Below are positions 47,721 to 56,645 of a DNA stretch of 56,645 nucleotides, one piece after another. Under the pieces are notes generated by a model that was not told where the DNA came from, did not search any database, and was given only the letters and a program-made list of their open reading frames with translations. Made by a program: the position numbers and the translations under genes. Positions within the stretch are counted from its first letter, which is position 1, and each line of letters begins with the position of its first letter. The DNA comes from a virus (taxonomy: Duplodnaviria > Caudoviricetes), in the IMG/VR virus record IMGVR_UViG_3300021354_000516, positions 1 through 56,645 of that record; one strand, 5' to 3'.

Positions 47721-50700
47721 TTAATCATTTTCAATAATAGCCGATGTATGATGACGACCTCCTGATAATTGTTTCCAATTTGTTCCACGTACTACGGTTT
47801 GAACTGGTGAACTTTTATCGGTTGTTGAATTATCACCCAGTTGTCCATATGCATTATATCCCCAAATCCATAAAGTTCCGTCAGTTTTTATTCCTGCTGT
47901 TTGATAACTGCCACCGCAAGCTTGTTTCCAATTATTTCCTTGCGCTACGGTTTGAACTGGTAAACTTCTATTAGTTGTTGTATTATCACCAAGTTCTCCA
48001 TCGCCATTATAACCGCAGGTCCATAAAGTGCCGTCAGTTTTTACTGCTGCTAATGATCTACGTCCGCAACTTACTTGTTTCCAGTTATTTGAACTCGCCA
48101 ATGTTTGAATTGGAGAACTTTTATAGGTTGCAGTATTATCACCTAGTTCTCCACTATTATTAAACCCCCAAGTCCATAAAGTGCCATCAGTTTTTATTGC
48201 CGAAGTGTGCTGATATCCACCCGCAACTTGTTGCCAATCTGTTCCAAGTGCGATAGTTTGAACTGGTGAACTTCTACTAGTTCGTGTATTATCGCCAAGT
48301 TTTCCATAAGTATTATTACCCCAAGTCCATAAAGTGCCATCAGTTTTAATTGCTGCGGTAAATAATTGACCACACGCAACTTGTTTCCAATTAGTACCAC
48401 CTGCAATTGTTTGAACTGGTTGACTTCTACTAGTTGTTGTACTATCGCCAAGTTTTCCATTTGAATTCAATCCCCAAGTCCATAAAGTTCCATCAGTTTT
48501 TATTGCTGATGTAAAATTATAACCCATAGAAACCTGTTGCCAGTTATTTGAACTCGCTAATGTTTGAATTGGAGAACTTTTTGAAGTTGCTGTGTTATCG
48601 CCAAGTTGTCCGCTTGAATTCAATCCCCAAGTCCATAAAGTTCCATCGTTTTTTATTGCCGAGGTAAAGTTTTGTCCACACGCAACTTGTTGCCAATTAG
48701 TTCCAAATGCAATAGTTTGAACTGGAAAACTTCTCGCAGGTACTGTACTATTATTACTACTATCGCCAAGTTGTCCCCAAACATTATCACCCCAAGTCCA
48801 TAAAGTTCCATCTTTTGTTATTGCAGAGGTAAAATTTCCACCACACGCAACTTGATTCCAATTAGTACCACCTACTATAGTCTGAATTGGTATACTTCGA
48901 TCAGTCTGTGTGCTGTCACCAAGTTGTCCAAGATTATTTCTCCCCCAAGTCCATAAAGTGCCATCTGCTTGAACTGCTACCGTATGAATACTTCCTGCAG
49001 AAACTTGTTTCCAATTTGTTCCTAGTGCTATAGTTTGAACTGGTGAACTTCTACTTGCCTGTGTACTATCGCCAAGTTGCCCAGTTCCATTAAAACCCCA
49101 GGTCCATAAAGTTCCATCTGTTTTAGTTGCTGCGGTAAAAGATTGACCACACGCAACTTGTTGCCAAGTAGTACCACCTGTAATTGTTTGAACTGGTGAA
49201 CTTCTACTAGTTTGTGTACTATCGCCAAGTTGCCCAAATGGATTTGACCCCCAAGTCCATAAAGTGCCATCAGTTTTAATTGCTGCGGTAAATAATTGAC
49301 CACACGCAACTTGTTTCCAATCTGTTCCAGGTGCGATAGTTTGAACTGGTTGACTTCTACTAGTTTGTGTACTATCGCCAAGTTGTCCACTAGCATTATT
49401 ACCCCAAGTCCATAAAGTTCCGTCAGTTTTTATTGCCGCGATGTGACTAACCCCAGCCGATACTTGTTTCCAATTTGTTCCAAGTGCTATAGTTTGAACT
49501 GGTTGATATTTTACAGTAATAGTACCATCGCCAAGTTGCCCAGTTCCATTATTTCCCCAAGTCCATAAAGTTCCATCAGTTTTAATTGCAGCAGTAAATG
49601 CTATACCACACGCAACTTGTTTCCAGTCATATGTACCGGTTAAAGTTTGAACTGGTGAACTTTTATCAGATGATGTGTTATCGCCAAGTTGTCCATTTAC
49701 ATTATTTCCCCAAGTCCATAAAGTGCCATCAGTTTTTACTGCTCCAGTATGGTTTGAATCAGGTAAAGAAGGAGAAGATTGTCCGCATGAAACTTGTTTC
49801 CAATTATTTCCGAGAGCAATAGTTTGAACTGGTGAACTTCTATTAGTTGTGGTAGAATCACCAAGCTCACCACTAAAATTATGTCCCCAAGTCCATAGTG
49901 TTCCATCTTTTTTTATTGCCGTAGTACTTCTATTTCCACCTGATACTTGTTGCCAAGTATTACCACCTGCAATTGTTTGAACAGGTGAACTTCTCGCCGA
50001 TACAGTACTACTATTACTACTATCGCCAAGTTGTCCAGAAGTATTGTCTCCCCAAGTCCATAAAGTACCATCATTTTTTATTGCAACAGTACCATCGACA
50101 CTACTCGAAACTTGATTCCAATTAGTACCACCTGCAATTGTTTGATTTGGTATACTTTGATCAGTCTGTGTATTATCACCGAGTTGTCCTTTTGTATTTG
50201 ACCCCCAAGACCATAAAGTTCCATCAGTTTTTATTGCTGCGGTAGAATAGGTAGAAACAGTAACTTGTTTCCATATATTTGAACTTGCTAAAATTTGAAA
50301 TGGAGAACTTCTAAGAGTTGAAGAATTATCACCTAGTTGTCCATACGCATTATCACCCCAAGTCCATAAAGTGCCATCAGTTTTTATTGCTGCTGAAAAA
50401 ATTTCTCCACATGACACTTGTTTCCAATCTGTTCCAAATGCGATAGTTTGAACTGGAGAACTTCTACCAGTAACGGTTGTACTATCACCAAGTTGTCCAT
50501 TTACATTATTTCCCCAAGTCCATAAAGTGCCATCAGTTTTTATTGCAGCAGAATGCCATCTTCCGCCTGTAACCAGTTTCCAATTTGTTCCACGTACTAC
50601 GGTTTGAACTGGTGAACTTTTATTGGTTGTTGAATTATCACCTAGTGCTCCATAAGTATTTTCTCCCCAAATCCATAAAGTTCCGTCAGTTTTTATTCCT

Positions 50701-51086
50701 GCTGTTTGAAACCAACCACCTCCTACAGTTTTCCAATTATTTCCTTGCGCTACGGTTTGAACCGGTGAACTTCTACCAGTAACGGTTGTATTATCACCAA
50801 GTTCTCCATACAAATTATATCCGCAGGACCATAAAGTTCCATCAGTTTTTATTGATGTAGTATGATAATACCCACACGAAACTTGTTTCCAATTACTTCC
50901 TTGCGCTACGGTTTGAACCGGTGAACTTCTACCAGTAACGGTTGTATTATCGCCGAGTTGTCCTAAATGATTTCGTCCCCAACTCCATAAATTTCCTTGA
51001 GTAAAAAATTCCCTTGGAACTAAAAAATTTCCAATATCTTCATTTTGGCTATCTGAATTATTAACAAGAAATCCTGTATTTTCCAT
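47721..51086 (-). CDS. RCC1-repeat protein, 21 repeats
   Basis: 21 copies of ~53-aa KTDGTLWTWGxNxxGQLGD...SSPVQT...WKQV. Confidence 0.92.
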   Translation of the reverse strand: MENTGFLVNNSDSQNEDIGNFLVPREFFTQGNLWSWGRNHLGQLGDNTTVTGRSSPVQTVAQGSNWKQVSCGYYHTTSIKTDGTLWSCGYNLYGELGDNTTVTGRSSPVQTVAQGNNWKTVGGGWFQTAGIKTDGTLWIWGENTYGALGDNSTTNKSSPVQTVVRGTNWKLVTGGRWHSAAIKTDGTLWTWGNNVNGQLGDSTTVTGRSSPVQTIAFGTDWKQVSCGEIFSAAIKTDGTLWTWGDNAYGQLGDNSSTLRSSPFQILASSNIWKQVTVSTYSTAAIKTDGTLWSWGSNTKGQLGDNTQTDQSIPNQTIAGGTNWNQVSSSVDGTVAIKNDGTLWTWGDNTSGQLGDSSNSSTVSARSSPVQTIAGGNTWQQVSGGNRSTTAIKKDGTLWTWGHNFSGELGDSTTTNRSSPVQTIALGNNWKQVSCGQSSPSLPDSNHTGAVKTDGTLWTWGNNVNGQLGDNTSSDKSSPVQTLTGTYDWKQVACGIAFTAAIKTDGTLWTWGNNGTGQLGDGTITVKYQPVQTIALGTNWKQVSAGVSHIAAIKTDGTLWTWGNNASGQLGDSTQTSRSQPVQTIAPGTDWKQVACGQLFTAAIKTDGTLWTWGSNPFGQLGDSTQTSRSSPVQTITGGTTWQQVACGQSFTAATKTDGTLWTWGFNGTGQLGDSTQASRSSPVQTIALGTNWKQVSAGSIHTVAVQADGTLWTWGRNNLGQLGDSTQTDRSIPIQTIVGGTNWNQVACGGNFTSAITKDGTLWTWGDNVWGQLGDSSNNSTVPARSFPVQTIAFGTNWQQVACGQNFTSAIKNDGTLWTWGLNSSGQLGDNTATSKSSPIQTLASSNNWQQVSMGYNFTSAIKTDGTLWTWGLNSNGKLGDSTTTSRSQPVQTIAGGTNWKQVACGQLFTAAIKTDGTLWTWGNNTYGKLGDNTRTSRSSPVQTIALGTDWQQVAGGYQHTSAIKTDGTLWTWGFNNSGELGDNTATYKSSPIQTLASSNNWKQVSCGRRSLAAVKTDGTLWTCGYNGDGELGDNTTTNRSLPVQTVAQGNNWKQACGGSYQTAGIKTDGTLWIWGYNAYGQLGDNSTTDKSSPVQTVVRGTNWKQLSGGRHHTSAIIEND

Positions 51087-51159
51087 TTTTTTTCCTTTTA
51101 TTCTGTGTATTTAAATTAATAATTACAAATAAATTTAATTTTTAATATTGCTATAATAA

Positions 51160-53499
51160 TTAAAAATCGTTAAATTCTTCAATTGCCAACATATGACTTG
51201 TTCCGCAGTTAACAAATTTCCATGTTGTTCCTTGCCCTGGAAGATAAATTGGTTGAATTGGTACATAAGTTGTTGAATCTTTAAATGTAACGCCTAATTG
51301 ATAATTTGCATTATCACCCCAAGTCCATAAAGTTCCATCAGTTTTAATTGCCGAGGTAAAATTATTTCCACATGAAACTTGTTTCCAATTAGTGCCAAAT
51401 GCTATAGTTTGAATTGGTGAACTTTTATCAGCCTGTGTGCTGTTACCGAGTTGTCCATTTCCATTAAAACCCCAAGTCCATAAAGTTCCATCAGTTTTTA
51501 TTGCCGAACAATGTTTATCACCACATTCTATAGTTTTCCAATTTTTTCCGAGAGCAATAGTTTGAACTGGTAAACTTTTAAAAGTTTGTGTATCATTGCC
51601 AAGTTGTCCTTTATCATTAAAACCCCAGGTCCATAAAGTTCCATCAGTTTTTAGTGCCATTGAAAAATTTCCTCCACTAGCAATATCTTTCCAATTATTT
51701 GTACTCGAAAGAACTTGAATCGGTGATAGTTTAGTAGGAGTTTGTGAATTATCGCCAAGTTGTCCACTAGCATTATTACCCCAAGACCATAAAGTTCCAT
51801 CAGTTTTTAGTGCCATTGAAGAAGATCCGCCGGCAGCAATTTGAACTTTATCCCAATTTGTTCCACGTGCTATAGTTTGAACTGGTGAACTTTTTGCAGT
51901 ATTAGTATTATCACCAAGTTGTCCACTATTATTAAACCCCCAAGTCCATAAAGTGCCATCTGCTTGAACTGCTACCGTATGAATACTTCCTGCAGAAACT
52001 TGTTTCCAATTTGTTCCTAGTGCTATAGTTTGAACTGGTGAACTTCTACTACCTCGTGTACTATCACCGAGTTGTCCATTATTATTTAACCCCCAGGTCC
52101 ATAAAGTTCCATCTGTTTTTATTGCAGCAACATGATAACCATTAATACCATTACCTAACGGCACCGAAACTTGTTGCCAAGTAGTACCACCTGCAATTGT
52201 TTGAACAGGTGAACTTCTCGCCGATACAGTACTACTATTACTACTATCGCCAAGTTGTCCATTATTATTTAACCCCCAAGTCCACAAAGTTCCATCTTTT
52301 TTAACTGATGAAGTAAAAAATTTACCAGCAGAAACTTGTCGCCAAGTTGTTCCAAGTGCGATAGTTTGAACTGGTGAACTTCTACTAGTTGTTGTACTAT
52401 CACCGAGTTGTCCAGCAGAATTTCTCCCCCAAGTCCATAAAGTGCCATCAGTTTTTATTGCAGCAGTGTGCTGATATCCACATGAAACTTGTTGCCAAGT
52501 AGTACCACCTGTAATTGTTTGAATTGGTGAACTTCTACTACCTCGTGTACTATCACCGAGTTGTCCAGCAGAATTTCTCCCCCAAGTCCATAAAGTTCCA
52601 TCAGTTTTTATTGCTGATGTTTGATCATAACCACATGAAACTTGTTGCCAATTTGTTCCAAGTGCGATAGTTTGAACTGGTTGATTTCTATTAGTTATGG
52701 TAAAATCGCCAAGTTGCCCAAATGAATTTGACCCCCAAGTCCATAAAGTTCCGTCAGTTTTTATTCCAGCAGCATTACTAACGGAAATACTAACTTGTTT
52801 CCAATTAGAATCTCCTCCAAGTGTTTGAACTGGTGAACTTTTTGGAGTTATTGTATTATCACCAAGTTGTCCATTTGTATTATCACCCCAAACCCATAAT
52901 GTTCCGTCGGTTTTTATTGCTGAGTTAAAAGTTGACCCACTAACAACCTTTTTCCAATTAGTGCCAAATGTGATAGTTTGAATTGGTGAACTTCTGTTGT
53001 TTCGTGTATTATCGCCAAGTTGTCCAGAAGTATTTGACCCCCAGGTCCATAAAGTTCCGTCAGTTTTTACTGCTGAAGTTTGATCAGTCCCGCACGAAAC
53101 CTGGTTCCAATTTGTTCCAAGTGCTGTAGTTTGAACTGGTTGACTTCTACTAGTTCGTGAATTATCGCCAAGTTGTCCAGAAGTATTAAACCCCCAAGAC
53201 CATAAAGTTCCATCTGTTTTAATTGCTAAAGAGTGAGAACTTCCAGCACCCCCTTGTTTCCAATTTATTCCAAATTCAGTTGTTTGAGTTAATATCCAAA
53301 CATCAGGCCCATTTGAATTATTACCGATCTGCCCGTTAAGATTTTTCCCCCAAAGAAATAATCCAGCAGATCTATTTAAATCGTTAAGAAAAGGATAAAC
53401 ATCTATTAAATAACTTTTAGTAACGTATTTTGTGCCTAAATCAACATTTCCTTCGCCACCTTCAACTAAGTTACTTATAAATTGATTACTTGAAGACAT
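51160..53499 (-). CDS. RCC1-repeat protein, 14 repeats
   Basis: 14 LWxWG repeats counted. Confidence 0.92.
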   Translation of the reverse strand: MSSSNQFISNLVEGGEGNVDLGTKYVTKSYLIDVYPFLNDLNRSAGLFLWGKNLNGQIGNNSNGPDVWILTQTTEFGINWKQGGAGSSHSLAIKTDGTLWSWGFNTSGQLGDNSRTSRSQPVQTTALGTNWNQVSCGTDQTSAVKTDGTLWTWGSNTSGQLGDNTRNNRSSPIQTITFGTNWKKVVSGSTFNSAIKTDGTLWVWGDNTNGQLGDNTITPKSSPVQTLGGDSNWKQVSISVSNAAGIKTDGTLWTWGSNSFGQLGDFTITNRNQPVQTIALGTNWQQVSCGYDQTSAIKTDGTLWTWGRNSAGQLGDSTRGSRSSPIQTITGGTTWQQVSCGYQHTAAIKTDGTLWTWGRNSAGQLGDSTTTSRSSPVQTIALGTTWRQVSAGKFFTSSVKKDGTLWTWGLNNNGQLGDSSNSSTVSARSSPVQTIAGGTTWQQVSVPLGNGINGYHVAAIKTDGTLWTWGLNNNGQLGDSTRGSRSSPVQTIALGTNWKQVSAGSIHTVAVQADGTLWTWGFNNSGQLGDNTNTAKSSPVQTIARGTNWDKVQIAAGGSSSMALKTDGTLWSWGNNASGQLGDNSQTPTKLSPIQVLSSTNNWKDIASGGNFSMALKTDGTLWTWGFNDKGQLGNDTQTFKSLPVQTIALGKNWKTIECGDKHCSAIKTDGTLWTWGFNGNGQLGNSTQADKSSPIQTIAFGTNWKQVSCGNNFTSAIKTDGTLWTWGDNANYQLGVTFKDSTTYVPIQPIYLPGQGTTWKFVNCGTSHMLAIEEFNDF

Positions 53500-53510
53500 A
53501 TTTATTTCCT

Positions 53511-54188
53511 TTAATTAACAATATTTGGTTCCCAATTTGGATTATCTGACAATACATTTATCAAATCTAACTCTGTTAATAAACTACAATTATCAATTTC
53601 TTGTTGTTTTTGATGCTCCCAATCAAACACTGATTGTACATGATTAGCGACTGAATTAACAATATTACCTAAATCAGCATTACTTAATGTTAAAAAATTA
53701 TTTCCAAATTTCCAATTTATGTTATCTTTACTAAGTTGATATGCTTGTAAATATAAACTTCTATCTTCTCTATTTGTTAATGCAATAACTGATTGATTTT
53801 GAATTGTAATATTAACTCCTATGTTTTCATATTTATATCGATTAGTTGCAATAATTAATTTTAATTCAGCTTTAACTGTAGAAATCGGTTTATTTTGAAC
53901 ATTAAAATACATTTCAGCATAAGTGTCATAAAAATTATAATAAGGTCCAATTAACTGCTGAATTTTTGTATTAAAAATTGTAGCAGTAATTCCAATATCA
54001 ATAACAGGTACAATTCTAACAATTTCATTTACGATAATTACCTCATTTGTATTATTTGAAATCGGAACTTGAAAATCTATTTCTAAATCGTCTGAGATAA
54101 TTGATTGAAAACGTCTAGGTTTCCAATCAATTGGTCCTAAATGAACAAAAAATTCGCCATTATGTGTTTTTTCTATTAGTATATACAT
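53511..54188 (-). CDS. DUF4376-like tail-fibre-associated protein
   Basis: RYKYE..G, WKF, HVQSVFDWE. Confidence 0.6.
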   Translation of the reverse strand: MYILIEKTHNGEFFVHLGPIDWKPRRFQSIISDDLEIDFQVPISNNTNEVIIVNEIVRIVPVIDIGITATIFNTKIQQLIGPYYNFYDTYAEMYFNVQNKPISTVKAELKLIIATNRYKYENIGVNITIQNQSVIALTNREDRSLYLQAYQLSKDNINWKFGNNFLTLSNADLGNIVNSVANHVQSVFDWEHQKQQEIDNCSLLTELDLINVLSDNPNWEPNIVN

Positions 54189-56644
54189 TATAATATCTGT
54201 CCTATGTCTGAGAATTGAATTGCGGTTGGATTAAGGTTTCCGCTCGAAACTTGTTTCCAATTATTGCCGCCTACTATAGTCTGAATTGGTGAACTTCTAT
54301 GGGTTGTTGTACTATCACCTAGTGCTCCAGAAGTATTTTCTCCCCAAGTCCATAAAGTACCATCAGTTTTTATTGCTAGCATTTGATTAGTACCGATTTC
54401 GACTTGTTTCCAATTTGTTCCGAGAGCAAGTGTTTGTCTCGGTGCATTTGTAGAAACTTGTGTACCATTGCCAAGTTGGCCTTTATCATTTAATCCCCAA
54501 GTCCATAAAGTGCCATCAGTTTTTATTGCTGCGGTATTGCTTGATCCACTTGCAACGTATTTCCAGGTGTTACTACTTACAAGAAGAGGTTGCATCGGAA
54601 TTAAAATATTATCAGTAGACGGACTATTAAAAAATTGTGAATAAAGTTTAGAAATGTCTCCCCAGGCCCAAAGAGTACCATCAGTTTTTATTGCTACGGT
54701 AGCTTGATTGTTAGTTGATATAACTTGTTTCCAATCTGTTCCGAGAGTAATAGTTTGAACCGGAGAATTTTTATTAGTTGTTGTACTATCGCCAAGTTGT
54801 CCTTTTGCATTATATCCCCAAAGCCACAAAGTTCCATCCATTTTTATTGCTGCTGATCCGCTAACCTCTTTCCAATTTGTTCCGGTTGCGATAGTTTGCA
54901 CTGGAGAACTTCTATCAGTTGTGGTAGAATCGCCAAGATATCCAACTGTACCATTGAACCCCCAAGTCCATAAAGTACCATCATATTTTATTGCAGAGGT
55001 ATTTAAATTAAAACAAGCTACTTGTTTCCAATTTGTTCCGGTTGTGATAGTTTGCACTGGAGAACTTCTATCAGTTGTGGTAGAATCGCCAAGTTGCCCA
55101 TATGAATTATTTCCCCAAGTCCATAAAGTGCCGTCAGTTTTTATTGCTGCAGAATTATTGCTAGAAATGTCAACTTGTTGCCAAGTAGTACCACCTGCAA
55201 TTGTTTGAACTGGAGAACTTCTATAAGTTAGTGTGCCGTCACCAAGTTTTCCAAATGAATTATCACCCCATGCCCATAATGTTCCATCGGTTTTTATTGC
55301 AAGCACGTGATTACCACTACCATCGCTTCCTGAAACCTGTTGCCAAGTAGTACCACCTACAATTGTTTGAACTGGAGAACTTTTACTAACTCGTGTATTA
55401 TCACCGAGTTGCCCATAAGTATTATCCCCCCAACTCCATAAAGTTCCATCAGTTTTTATTGCAAATGTGGAAGACACTCCGCAAGAAACCTGAAGCCAAT
55501 TTGTTCCAAGTGCAATTGTTTGGGTCATTAACCCTATAGGTTCTGTTAAACTATTACCAAGTTGTCCACTAGCATTTCTCCCCCAAGTCCATAAAGTACC
55601 ATTAGATTTTATTCCAGCATAATGACTATCGCCTTGTGAAATTTGTTTCCAATTATAACTACCTTCAACAACTGGTTGTATTGGTGTTTTTCTTAATGTT
55701 TTTGTACCATCACCGAGTTGTCCGTTTGAATTATCACCCCACATCCATAACGTTCCGTCAGTTTTTATTGCCGCAGTGCTTGTTCTTGCAGAAACCTGTT
55801 TCCAATTAGTTCCAGTTACAATAGTTTGAACCGGAGAACTTCTATTTGTCTGTGTACTATCACCGAGTTGTCCTTTATTATTATATCCACAAAGCCACAA
55901 AGTTCCATCTGTTTTTATTGCAGTTGTATGAGAGTCGCCACTAGAAACTTGTTGCCAAGTAGTACCACCTGCAATTGTTTGAACTGGTGAACTTTTATTT
56001 GCCTGTGTACTATCGCCAAGTTGTCCATAAGTATTATCCCCCCAAGTCCATAAAGTTCCGTCAGTTTTTATTGCCGCTGACTGAGAATATCCTAAAGCAA
56101 CTTTTTTCCAATTTGTTCCAGTTACAATAGTTTGAACCGGAGAACTTCTATTTGTCTGTGTACTATCACCGAGTTGTCCTTTATTATTATATCCCCAAGT
56201 CCATAAAGTGCCATCAGTTTTTATTGCCGCTGTTTGAAATCCGTTACTTGATACTTGTTTCCAACTAGTACCACCTGCAATTGTTTGAACTGGTTGACTT
56301 CTACTAGTTGTTGTACTATCGCCAATTTGTCCATTATCATTTCTCCCCCAAGACCATAATCCACCTTTTATATATTGATCAATTAGTTCAAATGTTGTTA
56401 TAAAATAATCATCAAAATTTCCAGTTGCAATAGAATTAAATCCAGATTTTAGAGATTGATCAACATCATTAGGAAGATAAATTCCATTAACTATCGGCGG
56501 TACTGGTTCATCTATTGAGAGTGGAGGAGGTGGAGGTAAAGGTGGAGGTGGAGGTGGAGGTGTTATTGTAGACAGAGGAGTATAAACAATAATAATGATA
56601 CCTTGACCACCAGTTGCTCCTTGTCCGGCTCCACCATCGTAAAG
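54188..56644 (-). CDS. Gly-rich domain, polyproline linker and 14 RCC1 repeats; 5' end outside the window
   Basis: frame of the 570-aa ORF is open to the window edge: ...GAGQGATGGQGIIIIVYTPLSTITPPPPPPPLPPPPP...IKGGLWSWG. Confidence 0.88.
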   Translation of the reverse strand, partial: LYDGGAGQGATGGQGIIIIVYTPLSTITPPPPPPPLPPPPPLSIDEPVPPIVNGIYLPNDVDQSLKSGFNSIATGNFDDYFITTFELIDQYIKGGLWSWGRNDNGQIGDSTTTSRSQPVQTIAGGTSWKQVSSNGFQTAAIKTDGTLWTWGYNNKGQLGDSTQTNRSSPVQTIVTGTNWKKVALGYSQSAAIKTDGTLWTWGDNTYGQLGDSTQANKSSPVQTIAGGTTWQQVSSGDSHTTAIKTDGTLWLCGYNNKGQLGDSTQTNRSSPVQTIVTGTNWKQVSARTSTAAIKTDGTLWMWGDNSNGQLGDGTKTLRKTPIQPVVEGSYNWKQISQGDSHYAGIKSNGTLWTWGRNASGQLGNSLTEPIGLMTQTIALGTNWLQVSCGVSSTFAIKTDGTLWSWGDNTYGQLGDNTRVSKSSPVQTIVGGTTWQQVSGSDGSGNHVLAIKTDGTLWAWGDNSFGKLGDGTLTYRSSPVQTIAGGTTWQQVDISSNNSAAIKTDGTLWTWGNNSYGQLGDSTTTDRSSPVQTITTGTNWKQVACFNLNTSAIKYDGTLWTWGFNGTVGYLGDSTTTDRSSPVQTIATGTNWKEVSGSAAIKMDGTLWLWGYNAKGQLGDSTTTNKNSPVQTITLGTDWKQVISTNNQATVAIKTDGTLWAWGDISKLYSQFFNSPSTDNILIPMQPLLVSSNTWKYVASGSSNTAAIKTDGTLWTWGLNDKGQLGNGTQVSTNAPRQTLALGTNWKQVEIGTNQMLAIKTDGTLWTWGENTSGALGDSTTTHRSSPIQTIVGGNNWKQVSSGNLNPTAIQFSDIGQIL

Positions 56645-56645
56645 T

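Larger units (their letters stand above)
47721..56370 (-). repeat. ~159-bp coding tandem repeats (RCC1 blades) with identical blocks shared between genes
   Basis: recurrent CCCCAAGTCCATAAAGT(T/G)CCATCAGTTTT; 114-nt identity between 48942-49055 and 51937-52050. Confidence 0.9.

Noticed and set aside
47721-56370. CRISPR array or diversity-generating retroelement suggested by the regular repeats
   Set aside because: Repeats are in-frame ~159-bp coding units with no unique spacers; no cas or reverse transcriptase gene in the window; differences between copies are not confined to adenines
1-56645. tRNA or rRNA genes
   Set aside because: No cloverleaf with T-loop GTTCRA and acceptor stem was recognised in the short intergenic regions; tRNAscan-SE would be needed to exclude them fully

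Overview
AT-rich fragment of a large T4-like (Tevenvirinae-distant, probably jumbo) myophage genome, standard genetic code, with no rRNA, tRNA or CRISPR array seen. From left to right: a partial AAA+ ATPase; a neck/tail module (gp15-, gp14-, gp13-like, sheath gp18, tube gp19, gp54-like, gp4); dNMP kinase; terminase; a recombination/replication block (gp32 SSB, UvsX, UvsY, UvsW, a 188-aa Pol III alpha core, primase, helicase); YqgE/AlgH with a divergent nucleotidyltransferase; and an ~18 kb minus-strand cluster of three RCC1-repeat proteins followed by ten sulfo-, glycosyl-, methyl-transferase, oxygenase and related genes. Main observations: (1) the large terminase is fractured. It has a class-3 intein in Walker A and an atypically split intein in Walker B. 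A free-standing Vsr-like endonuclease sits between the split halves, and its late promoter overlaps a synonymously recoded copy of the DEFAFV insertion-site sequence. (2) Eight genes start exactly 5 nt after a TAAATA late-promoter box, implying leaderless late mRNAs. (3) One ~65-nt structured leader precedes two unrelated, decayed HNH endonuclease genes. (4) The RCC1 proteins have exactly 21, 14 and 14 blades and share identical DNA blocks. All family assignments come from motif recognition by eye; no database searches were run.
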